From an uncultured Methanosarcinaceae archaeon (GTDB taxonomy: Archaea; Halobacteriota; Methanosarcinia; Methanosarcinales; Methanosarcinaceae), in contig CAVSHT010000011.1 in assembly GCA_963727895.1 (NCBI GenBank), positions 160,001 through 224,000 of the forward strand: a DNA stretch of 64,000 nt. The letters run 5' to 3'. Under the pieces are notes generated by a model. The model saw only the letters and a program-made list of their open reading frames with translations, ran no database searches and was not told where the DNA came from. This document shows positions 1 to 11,731 of this stretch, in pieces (the stretch's first letter is position 1; each line of letters begins with the position of its first letter). Both the position numbers and the translations under genes were made by a program.

Positions 1-557
1 ATCCTTGTTTTAGTGGAAACTACTTCTTGACAAAAAAAATAGAGAGGTTACAAAAGTGGATGACATTCTGAAGTTTCAATCCTTGTTTTAGTGGAAACTA
101 CTTCTTGACAAATAGCGGAAGTGATACCACGAAAACCAATAATACTAAGTTTCAATCCTTGTTTTAGTGGAAACTACTTCTTGACATGAAGATTGCTGAA
201 TTGAAGAATCAGCGGAATGAGACGTTTCAATCCTTGTTTTAGTGGAAATTACTTCTTGACAGTAGTGACCGATGACAAAAGCGATAATTGAAAAGTTTCA
301 ATCCTTGTTTTAGTGGAAACTACTTCTTGACACTTAAACAGTGGCAATGTCCCAGGAATAATCACAAGTTTCAATCCTTGTTTTAGTGGAAACTACTTCT
401 TGACGATTTTATGGAAGAGCTTAAACTCTTATTTGAGGAGTTTCAATCCTTGTTTTAGTGGAAACTACTTCTTGACTTTCAAATGAATCGTATGATTATG
501 GAAATGAGACAATACGGACGGTTTCAATCCTTGTTTTAGTGGAAACTACTTCTTGAC
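1..557 (-). CRISPR. CRISPR array segment with repeat A (crRNA sense GTCAAGAAGTAGTTTCCACTAAAACAAGGATTGAAAC); continues beyond the window start
   Basis: Eight copies of + strand GTTTCAATCCTTGTTTTAGTGGAAACTACTTCTTGAC at 1 (partial), 73, 149, 224 (one C>T variant), 295, 368, 440 and 521. Spacers are 34-44 nt. The ATTGAAAC 3' end places transcription on the minus strand. Confidence 0.97.
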
Positions 558-596
558 GAAGCAAAATGGAAGAAACAAAAGAAGCGAAGCATACAG

Positions 597-3500
597 GTTT
601 CAATCCTTGTTTTAGTGGATCTTGCTCACGAATCCTTCACTTTTTCCCATTGTCAACGGACTTTGTAGGTTTCAATCCTTGTTTTAGTGGATCTTGCTCA
701 CGAATTGTTAACGAAACTATCATGCACAAAATATACCCTGTATGTTTCAATCCTTGTTTTAGTGGATCTTGCTCACGAATATGTAAAAGGGCAGATAATA
801 TCCAGACTATACGTCCTCGTTTCAATCCTTGTTTTAGTGGATCTTGCTCACGAATTATAAGTTTGTGCGTTAGCTATTGAAATCAATGAAAGTTTCAATC
901 CTTGTTTTAGTGGATCTTGCTCACGAATCCAATCTTGTGAGGTTTAATTCCCACATATTGTAGGTGTTTCAATCCTTGTTTTAGTGGATCTTGCTCACGA
1001 ATACAAATTTTACATATTTTGTTTTGGAAGATTTTAAAGTTTCAATCCTTGTTTTAGTGGATCTTGCTCACGAATTAATATTAGGAGTTACGATCCCGTG
1101 TGCTGACAAGTGTTTCAATCCTTGTTTTAGTGGATCTTGCTCACGAATATTGCTACCCCTTACCAAAGGTCTAGCAAAAAATGTTTCAATCCTTGTTTTA
1201 GTGGATCTTGCTCACGAATAACTGCTAAACTTGCTATAGATGCTATTAGAAATGGTTTCAATCCTTGTTTTAGTGGATCTTGCTCACGAATAAATGAGAA
1301 GTTCGGTTCGGGCTTATATATTTTATAGTTTCAATCCTTGTTTTAGTGGATCTTGCTCACGAATCTACAAATCCCCAACTTGCGCAAGGGCTTCCAGATT
1401 TGTTTCAATCCTTGTTTTAGTGGATCTTGCTCACGAATCGTTTTTTGTTCAAAAGAGTTATCTAATTTATTTGTAGTTTCAATCCTTGTTTTAGTGGATC
1501 TTGCTCACGAATAGATGTTTGAAAAGTAGCTGTTTCCTTGTGGGATGTGTTTCAATCCTTGTTTTAGTGGATCTTGCTCACGAATACTTAGCCATCTGCT
1601 CTTGTGTTTTGCCCTCTGCAATGTTTCAATCCTTGTTTTAGTGGATCTTGCTCACGAATGGTGACGGTTTCGTTGAGGGATGATGGCACAGTCTGAGGTT
1701 TCAATCCTTGTTTTAGTGGATCTTGCTCACGAATTCCGAAATCACCATCTGGATCATCTACCCATACTTCAGTTTCAATCCTTGTTTTAGTGGATCTTGC
1801 TCACGAATTCCGAAATCACCATCTGGATCATCTACCCATACTTCAGTTTCAATCCTTGTTTTAGTGGATCTTGCTCACGAATTCCGAAATCACCATCTGG
1901 ATCATCTACCCATACTTCAGTTTCAATCCTTGTTTTAGTGGATCTTGCTCACGAATTAAGTAAATGAAATCATCAAATGGCATTCTAGAACTATGTTTCA
2001 ATCCTTGTTTTAGTGGATCTTGCTCACGAATATGCTAAAGAAATCATGGCAGTAATGCAGGTTTACGGGTTTCAATCCTTGTTTTAGTGGATCTTGCTCA
2101 CGAATGCTTCTACAATTATTCCCTCTTTGGTTCTATAGCGTTTCAATCCTTGTTTTAGTGGATCTTGCTCACGAATCAGTGCATAACCATAATTGTTTAC
2201 AAAAGTGTTATTGGTTTCAATCCTTGTTTTAGTGGATCTTGCTCACGAATAAAGAATATCCAGCCTCATGTAGCTATTACATGGAAGTAATGTTTCAATC
2301 CTTGTTTTAGTGGATCTTGCTCACGAATTGACGGCATGTTTTTTGTTGAGTTAACAGGATCTAAGTTTCAATCCTTGTTTTAGTGGATCTTGCTCACGAA
2401 TATATTCCGATGATTGGGGGGATACATGGTATTTGGGTTTCAATCCTTGTTTTAGTGGATCTTGCTCACGAATATATAATATTCAAAATTAAAAATTGTG
2501 ATATCTATATGTTTCAATCCTTGTTTTAGTGGATCTTGCTCACGAATAGTGAAATGTCCGAGGGTGGCAGCGAAATAGTTTAGTTTCAATCCTTGTTTTA
2601 GTGGATCTTGCTCACGAATTATAAAAAATACTTCAGGCGGTGTAGACATCTGTCCAATGTTTCAATCCTTGTTTTAGTGGATCTTGCTCACGAATTCAAC
2701 ATATAACAAAGATATTGTTGAGGCATTTGGGTAGTTTCAATCCTTGTTTTAGTGGATCTTGCTCACGAATGGATGTTAGCCAGAAACTTGCGGTCTCGTG
2801 GAATAAGTTTCAATCCTTGTTTTAGTGGATCTTGCTCACGAATGGATGTTAGCCAGAAACTTGCGGTCTCGTGGAATAAGTTTCAATCCTTGTTTTAGTG
2901 GATCTTGCTCACGAATCATTGAATGGACATGAATCTCAGAAGGGGTATTGGTTTCAATCCTTGTTTTAGTGGATCTTGCTCACGAATACATGCACATCTA
3001 GGATACAAACAATCCGTACACAACTGTTTCAATCCTTGTTTTAGTGGATCTTGCTCACGAATATCATCCCAATCCAGTTCCCAATTTCAGTTTTGTTTCA
3101 ATCCTTGTTTTAGTGGATCTTGCTCACGAATAATATGCTCCATAATACAATATTCTTTTAATCATGTGTTTCAATCCTTGTTTTAGTGGATCTTGCTCAC
3201 GAATAAAAAGGGTATGCGTTTACCTTTCTGGAAACCCGATGTGTTTCAATCCTTGTTTTAGTGGATCTTGCTCACGAATATGCAAGAGCCACCTAGGATT
3301 AATTGATAAGTTGGTTTCAATCCTTGTTTTAGTGGATCTTGCTCACGAATAGGTGCCCTTGCTATTACCGCGATGGGCTTTTTTATGTTTCAATCCTTGT
3401 TTTAGTGGATCTTGCTCACGAATGATTATTCATGGACTTCTGAAGGAGTTGATAAATTTGAGTTTCAATCCTTGTTTTAGTGGATCTTGCTCACGAATTC

Positions 3501-6500
3501 TGCGAGTACCCATTGCCCTAGAATATATCTTTTGGTTTCAATCCTTGTTTTAGTGGATCTTGCTCACGAATCGCAAAAAGATAGGAGATTAACGACTATG
3601 CAGAGAAGTTTCAATCCTTGTTTTAGTGGATCTTGCTCACGAATCAAAATAAGAAAAGACACTGTAATTGTAGAAATGAGGTTTCAATCCTTGTTTTAGT
3701 GGATCTTGCTCACGAATTAATTGAAAGCGAAAACTATACCATTTCAATCCAAGAGTTTCAATCCTTGTTTTAGTGGATCTTGCTCACGAATCTCTCCTTT
3801 AAGAAATTCCGGCATAACATTTTTTACATAAAACTGTTTCAATCCTTGTTTTAGTGGATCTTGCTCACGAATAAGTCTGTTAATTATTGTTTCAAGTGTC
3901 ATTTGTTGTTTCAATCCTTGTTTTAGTGGATCTTGCTCACGAATGTTACTGGGTTTGTTGCATTTGAGGTTGGCTGTAGGTGTTTCAATCCTTGTTTTAG
4001 TGGATCTTGCTCACGAATTCTATTAGGATACTCTCATTCATATGCAATAGAGCGAGACATGTTTCAATCCTTGTTTTAGTGGATCTTGCTCACGAATCAA
4101 TCGTTCCAAACATCATACAATATTGTAAAACAAAGTTTCAATCCTTGTTTTAGTGGATCTTGCTCACGAATCAGATTATAGTTTTTGAATCAGAGGGAAG
4201 TATATTGTTTCAATCCTTGTTTTAGTGGATCTTGCTCACGAATACATAGAACCATATTGGTTTTGCGTTCCGATAACTGGTTTCAATCCTTGTTTTAGTG
4301 GATCTTGCTCACGAATTTGTATACATTTGTATTTGTGTGTAACAGAACGGTGCAGTTTCAATCCTTGTTTTAGTGGATCTTGCTCACGAATCTTTGCTCG
4401 TTCTTCTAGTCTACCCTTTAGTTCTGAGTTTCAATCCTTGTTTTAGTGGATCTTGCTCACGAATAATATCAAGGTTCCTGGAAAGAAGGTCCACTTCCAA
4501 TGTTTCAATCCTTGTTTTAGTGGATCTTGCTCACGAATAATTAAAGCGTTTATGTATCTGGCTCCGTTGATTGATAGTTTCAATCCTTGTTTTAGTGGAT
4601 CTTGCTCACGAATGCAGAAAATTATTTGATGAACAAAAATATCCTGGGTTTCAATCCTTGTTTTAGTGGATCTTGCTCACGAATTGTTTATCAGGTCACA
4701 AAAGAAGAGTGTATGACGTTAGTTTCAATCCTTGTTTTAGTGGATCTTGCTCACGAATGTAAATTAGGAGGAAAACAAAAGATGGAAACTTTAAGTTTCA
4801 ATCCTTGTTTTAGTGGATCTTGCTCACGAATGTTGCGTCGTAATCTCCGGCTGCAATGCCATAACCGTTTCAATCCTTGTTTTAGTGGATCTTGCTCACG
4901 AATAATAAGTCCAGTCGTCCTATTCCAATAACATCTTCTGTTTCAATCCTTGTTTTAGTGGATCTTGCTCACGAATCAGGCTTCAGCATGTGGGGTATCG
5001 TTCCATTCGGGGTTTCAATCCTTGTTTTAGTGGATCTTGCTCACGAATAAGTAATTATTATGCATCTAGATATGGAGTGAAAGTCGTTTCAATCCTTGTT
5101 TTAGTGGATCTTGCTCACGAATCCAATGACGACGATTTACCCACATTGATGTTAAAACTATGTTTCAATCCTTGTTTTAGTGGATCTTGCTCACGAATAA
5201 TAGAACCTGAATGTATTCAGGAATACCAACATCGGAAGTTTCAATCCTTGTTTTAGTGGATCTTGCTCACGAATAAGATGAAAAATTGAGACCGACTTCG
5301 AATGCATTGTTTCAATCCTTGTTTTAGTGGATCTTGCTCACGAATAACATGTGCTGATACCTCATCGGGGTCATCCATCTCAAGTTTCAATCCTTGTTTT
5401 AGTGGATCTTGCTCACGAATGCTCATATGAAATTGAGACAAAACGCAGAGGTTGGTTTCAATCCTTGTTTTAGTGGATCTTGCTCACGAATTGCACATTT
5501 ACCCTGTATGGGAGTTATAATTCTAATTGTTTCAATCCTTGTTTTAGTGGATCTTGCTCACGAATTCATGCATTGTGGCTAGAAAACGCAAAAGAAGCAA
5601 GTTTCAATCCTTGTTTTAGTGGATCTTGCTCACGAATTAGCTCAAAAAATCACAAAACGTTGTCCTTCTTGTAAGTTTCAATCCTTGTTTTAGTGGATCT
5701 TGCTCACGAATACTTCAATTTTCATTTTCAACATCTCCTTTCCTGTTTCAATCCTTGTTTTAGTGGATCTTGCTCACGAATTAGGTGCCCTTGCTATTAC
5801 CGCGATGGGCTTTTTTATGTTTCAATCCTTGTTTTAGTGGATCTTGCTCACGAATATTATCTTCAAAATTCGCTCGAAATGAAATTCCTAGTTTCAATCC
5901 TTGTTTTAGTGGATCTTGCTCACGAATACACTTTTTCAATGCTATTAATATTTCCTCATCTGGTTTCAATCCTTGTTTTAGTGGATCTTGCTCACGAATT
6001 AAGTAAATGAAATCATCAAATGGCATTCTAGAACTATGTTTCAATCCTTGTTTTAGTGGATCTTGCTCACGAATTATCATATTGGCGTTTGAATAGTTTC
6101 CAATGCAGATGTTTCAATCCTTGTTTTAGTGGATCTTGCTCACGAATCAGGATTCTAGTTTAAGATACAGATCTGCGGCGGTTGGGGTTTCAATCCTTGT
6201 TTTAGTGGATCTTGCTCACGAATTTCTATTTTCTATAATCCGTATTATAGTTTCTAGTTTCAATCCTTGTTTTAGTGGATCTTGCTCACGAATAGATGCA
6301 TATAACTCCTTATGTTTCGGTGGATCTTTTGTTTCAATCCTTGTTTTAGTGGATCTTGCTCACGAATACTTTGTCCTCTTTTAATAGTACCATCACTATC
6401 CATGTTTCAATCCTTGTTTTAGTGGATCTTGCTCACGAATAAGATTTCAAGCGGAAGGAATAAGAAACGATTGTAGTTTCAATCCTTGTTTTAGTGGATC

Positions 6501-9500
6501 TTGCTCACGAATTTGAAGTATTTAATACGTATAGACAGTCTCTAATTGCGTTTCAATCCTTGTTTTAGTGGATCTTGCTCACGAATGGATCTTGGACGTT
6601 TAAGACTGCTACCGTAAAATCTTAGTTTCAATCCTTGTTTTAGTGGATCTTGCTCACGAATATGTCCGCATTAGGAGATAATAGACTCAATCAGTCTAAG
6701 TTTCAATCCTTGTTTTAGTGGATCTTGCTCACGAATTAGGATCCTTCAGAACGAAGGTGTTAATGCAACAATGTTTCAATCCTTGTTTTAGTGGATCTTG
6801 CTCACGAATTATTTTAGTACCTTTAAACAAATCTCTAATTGATTTGTGTTTCAATCCTTGTTTTAGTGGATCTTGCTCACGAATTGTGAGCGTTTTTTTC
6901 AAATTCAGGGACTGAGTAGGTTTCAATCCTTGTTTTAGTGGATCTTGCTCACGAATACAAACACCCTAATTGCTGTTATTGATACTTATAAACTGTTTCA
7001 ATCCTTGTTTTAGTGGATCTTGCTCACGAATCGAAGTTAAAAGAATTGATGAAGAAATATCCCGAAATCGGTTTCAATCCTTGTTTTAGTGGATCTTGCT
7101 CACGAATCATGATGTGTGGAATGTTGACCCTTGACAGTGCAAGTTCGTTTCAATCCTTGTTTTAGTGGATCTTGCTCACGAATCAATTACTCTGTTTCCA
7201 GCTCCAGTATTACTCACCGCGGTTTCAATCCTTGTTTTAGTGGATCTTGCTCACGAATCCAGCAGCGTACAGTGTCATAGATGATGCCTGCAAGAGTTTC
7301 AATCCTTGTTTTAGTGGATCTTGCTCACGAATACGTATGAGTTGGATATTGACACGCAAACCTAGGTTTCAATCCTTGTTTTAGTGGATCTTGCTCACGA
7401 ATTTATTAGAAAAATCCATTAACTCTTCAAAGCTCAAGGTTTCAATCCTTGTTTTAGTGGATCTTGCTCACGAATCTCTTTTGTAGTCGAAATGAGCTTA
7501 CCATATGCATTAGGTTTCAATCCTTGTTTTAGTGGATCTTGCTCACGAATGATTGGACTGGGACAGCAGCAGGAACTATTTGGGTGTTTCAATCCTTGTT
7601 TTAGTGGATCTTGCTCACGAATTGAATACGGTACTTTCAACATTCAGTATGCTCTGTCGTTTCAATCCTTGTTTTAGTGGATCTTGCTCACGAATCCAAT
7701 GTAACTTTATATTTGATTTAGAGAGATTATGTTTCAATCCTTGTTTTAGTGGATCTTGCTCACGAATCCAGCAGCGTACAGTGTCATAGATGATGCCTGC
7801 AAGAGTTTCAATCCTTGTTTTAGTGGATCTTGCTCACGAATAGGACGAACGAAAATTAATGAAAGATATTGAAATGTTTCAATCCTTGTTTTAGTGGATC
7901 TTGCTCACGAATGAAGCCGATGGGTTAGAAGAAACTATTCAAAAAAGTTTCAATCCTTGTTTTAGTGGATCTTGCTCACGAATTATTAGAAGAATGTTTA
8001 GGATCAACCTGTTGAAATATGTTTCAATCCTTGTTTTAGTGGATCTTGCTCACGAATATGAAAGTACAGGAGCGAGGTCTACACTTCGCAGGAGTTTCAA
8101 TCCTTGTTTTAGTGGATCTTGCTCACGAATTATCAACGATATGTTGAACTTCTGGAACAATCTTGTTTCAATCCTTGTTTTAGTGGATCTTGCTCACGAA
8201 TTTTGTTGGCAGCAAATGATAGCGCGTCGTCAATTGGTTTCAATCCTTGTTTTAGTGGATCTTGCTCACGAATGAATCAAATCAGAATTTGAGTCTCTTG
8301 TTAAATTTGAAGTTTCAATCCTTGTTTTAGTGGATCTTGCTCACGAATATTTCTTGCTATATACTACAATAACACTAATAGTGTTTCAATCCTTGTTTTA
8401 GTGGATCTTGCTCACGAATTCCGTACTCCGTGGTAAAACGGATGCTGAGTTAGTGTTTCAATCCTTGTTTTAGTGGATCTTGCTCACGAATTCCAATGGA
8501 ACGATGACGTTTTAAAAGAAATCCCTGATGTTTCAATCCTTGTTTTAGTGGATCTTGCTCACGAATTTTTTGATAAGCCTCTTGAATTCAAAGAATGGTT
8601 TGAATATCGTTTCAATCCTTGTTTTAGTGGATCTTGCTCACGAATAGACATTTACAGCCTCCTTAGATCCCTGATGCAGCGGTTTCAATCCTTGTTTTAG
8701 TGGATCTTGCTCACGAATTTAAAACATGGAATTAACTCTCAACGATAATGTAACGTGTTTCAATCCTTGTTTTAGTGGATCTTGCTCACGAATCAGGATA
8801 CCCGTTGCTTTAGCTGCGGGAGGAATGCGGTTTCAATCCTTGTTTTAGTGGATCTTGCTCACGAATACTCTAAAATAGAAGATATCAAAGCCATGAATGA
8901 GTTTCAATCCTTGTTTTAGTGGATCTTGCTCACGAATCTTAGATCCGTGATTGATATATTGGTTGTAGGAGTAGTTTCAATCCTTGTTTTAGTGGATCTT
9001 GCTCACGAATAAGACACAAGCTGAATTATGGAATCAGAGGGCATTGTGTTTCAATCCTTGTTTTAGTGGATCTTGCTCACGAATTTCACTGGACTTGAGG
9101 GAATTGACGACAAGGGACATAGTTTCAATCCTTGTTTTAGTGGATCTTGCTCACGAATTTGTATTTAGATTGCGTAGGATTTTGAAGGTGAAGTTTCAAT
9201 CCTTGTTTTAGTGGATCTTGCTCACGAATTGGATACCTCAAGTATTAGTACAGAAGGGGAATCTGGTTTCAATCCTTGTTTTAGTGGATCTTGCTCACGA
9301 ATTTGCGGCTTTAACAATTGAAATTATCCCATTGATAGGTTTCAATCCTTGTTTTAGTGGATCTTGCTCACGAATCTCTCAAAATTGAAACAATTGTGTT
9401 TAGAATTTGATTGTTTCAATCCTTGTTTTAGTGGATCTTGCTCACGAATCCGGTTCAATCCCGGATGACCAGACCTATAGTTACTGTTTCAATCCTTGTT

Positions 9501-9522
9501 TTAGTGGATCTTGCTCACGAAT
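597..9522 (-). CRISPR. CRISPR array with repeat B (crRNA sense ATTCGTGAGCAAGATCCACTAAAACAAGGATTGAAAC), about 122 repeats
   Basis: The 37-bp GTTTCAATCCTTGTTTTAGTGGATCTTGCTCACGAAT recurs about every 73 bp from 597 to 9486-9522 (manual count ~122). Spacers are mostly 33-40 nt. Leader and cas genes lie on the right side. Confidence 0.99.
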
Positions 9523-9635
9523 AGGGCAAAATTTTCCGTCATTTGGCCAGAAAAAGCCTGAAATAAGCCCTTTTTTTGGGCTAAAATTCTTGCTGGAAAA
9601 TTATCAAACCCTTTATAAATACAAGAAAAATCTCT
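9523..9635 (-). promoter_or_regulatory. CRISPR leader
   Basis: AT-rich non-coding gap between the cas4 stop and the first repeat, with a TATA-like TTTATAAA at ~9612-9619. Confidence 0.75.
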
Positions 9636-10367
9636 TCATACGCAGATATTCCTGTAACAGCAATCTACGCATTTTCTAGAAGACTTAGCGGTTTTGGGAT
9701 ATAAACCTTTTTGAACAATATCGAGTATTTCCCCAATAATTTTCTCAGCCTTTTTGAAATCAGAAGTAGTAATCTCCATTTCTTTAACCAGGCTGTTGCT
9801 TCTGGTAAAACATATGTAAGCACGATTTACTTCAATATCGTAATTTTCTCTAATCAAAAGAGCCTGCAAAACCAGCTGAAATTTATAGGTTTTAAAAATC
9901 TTGTCTTTATACTCGGCAAATTTGTATTCAAGAGGAGCAGCAGTTCCATCTTCAAGAAAAAGCACCTCATCAACTATTCCCTTTATATGATGTTGTTTTG
10001 AAGCAATGAAAACGTCACTCTCTTTCCTTATGCAGTTTAGTTTTTTTCTCACATAATCCCTGTTGGTTAGTTTCCTTGTTTCATGGACCTCGCGGCCTTT
10101 GATAACCTTAAACCTTTTCTCTTCATACTGGGGAATATCGAGGCAATACATATAGTAGATAAAACGAGAACAGAAAAGGTATTCAAGAACATCTGAAATT
10201 CGGATTATTGTTCCGGAATCTTTATCAAAATCAGGCTCAGTGTATATCCCTTCTTCATTATCAGGATCACTTTCAGGAGCTATATCTTTTTCACAATCTA
10301 TTGCAGCTTGCTGATCACTTCCCGCACAAGCAGAAGAGCTACCTTCTTTGAGAGAAAAATTCGTCAT
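9636..10367 (-). CDS. cas4: CRISPR-associated exonuclease Cas4 with acidic N-terminal extension
   Basis: EYLFCSR, GIVD, PLEYK, QLVLQAL and C-terminal CVDCCYRNIC Fe-S cysteines; position next to the array. Confidence 0.93.
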   Translation of the reverse strand: MTNFSLKEGSSSACAGSDQQAAIDCEKDIAPESDPDNEEGIYTEPDFDKDSGTIIRISDVLEYLFCSRFIYYMYCLDIPQYEEKRFKVIKGREVHETRKLTNRDYVRKKLNCIRKESDVFIASKQHHIKGIVDEVLFLEDGTAAPLEYKFAEYKDKIFKTYKFQLVLQALLIRENYDIEVNRAYICFTRSNSLVKEMEITTSDFKKAEKIIGEILDIVQKGLYPKTAKSSRKCVDCCYRNICV

Positions 10368-10381
10368 ACTTACCTCAAAAC

Positions 10382-10673
<292 letters not shown>

Positions 10674-10758
10674 ACCCAATCCCCTCATTCTTATTTTATC
10701 AAATTATTACTTTCGAATTATTACTTTACCTTTTCACAAACTTATCGCGTTAAAAGTT

Positions 10759-11731
10759 TTATTTCCCGATCAGGCTGTTTGCAATCCTGTGACAGTCAAA
10801 CTGGATTGTATTTCCAATTTTTATTTTCCTTCCCTTGTAGCTTATTTCTTTATCAAAAGTTTCATTGACAGCCTGAATAAGGACGGCTTTACCTTCTTTG
10901 TTAAGAGTCATTCCATTAGGAATTTCATCAAAAAAGCTGTTTGAAACCTGTTTTTTCGAGAAAAGATTGAAAACGGTCCTGTCAATGTGGATGCGGTACA
11001 TTTCAATCAGGTCAAACACAAAAGATTTTTTGTTGTAGTCATCCGTATGGTTGAAGCCGACATAAGGATCAAGTCCTGCTATAATGCACGCTTTTTCCAC
11101 CTTTGAATACAAAACCCCATATCCGTAATTCAAAAGGCAGTTGAATCCGTCCTTTGCAGGATTCCGGCTTCTGCCATTGAATTTCCATCTGTCCGGTAAA
11201 AGAAAACTCAAAGCTTCAAAATAGTATCTGGAAGCCATTCCCTCAAGCCCCATGATTTTTCCCCGCATCTCATCAAGTTTTCCTTCAAGGACTTCAAGCT
11301 GGGATTTCATGTCTTCCATTCCAGAAATGTAGTCGTCAAGTTCGTCCTTCTGGTCAGGCCTGTTCTTTTTAAGGTCTTTCAAAAAAAGAATCTGGCTGTC
11401 AATCTTCTGCTCAATCCAGCCTTTTGCAAGCCTGAACCCTTCAGGCTCTTCCGAAATTTCAAGCTGCCTTCTTCTTATGTAAGTCGTGCTCCCAAGTTTT
11501 GAGTGCCATACTCTGCCGTAAGGGTCCCCGAAATTATCCAGAAAAACGATGTCAATATTGTTTTCTACTGCAAATTTAATGGCATCGGTTGTTATGGTTG
11601 CAGAAGTTGTAATCAGGATGCTGTCAACTTTCTTTTCAGAGACTTCGAAAGTCTTGTCGTCAACTTTTACAAGAAAAGCAGTTGTTCTGTTTTTTTAGAA
11701 ATGAACCGCGGGTGTTGATTACAAGCTGCAT
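10759..11731 (-). pseudogene. cas1: Cas1, apparent +1 frameshift near 11675
   Basis: Starts MQLVINTRGSFLKK (ATG 11729-11731). An extra T falls in a homopolymer run, then the frame is open: DIVFLDNFGDPYGR...GLEGMASRYYF...NCLLNYGY...GLDPYVGFNH...DLIEMYR. Confidence 0.92.

Noticed and set aside
597..9522. Self-targeting spacers against the 19-23 kb module or other parts of the window
   Set aside because: No match noticed by eye; not exhaustively testable without alignment.
566..9679. Many short ORFs with FNPCFSGSCSRI / VSILVLVDLAHE / IREQDPLKQGLK repeats
   Set aside because: They are translations of CRISPR repeats, not genes.
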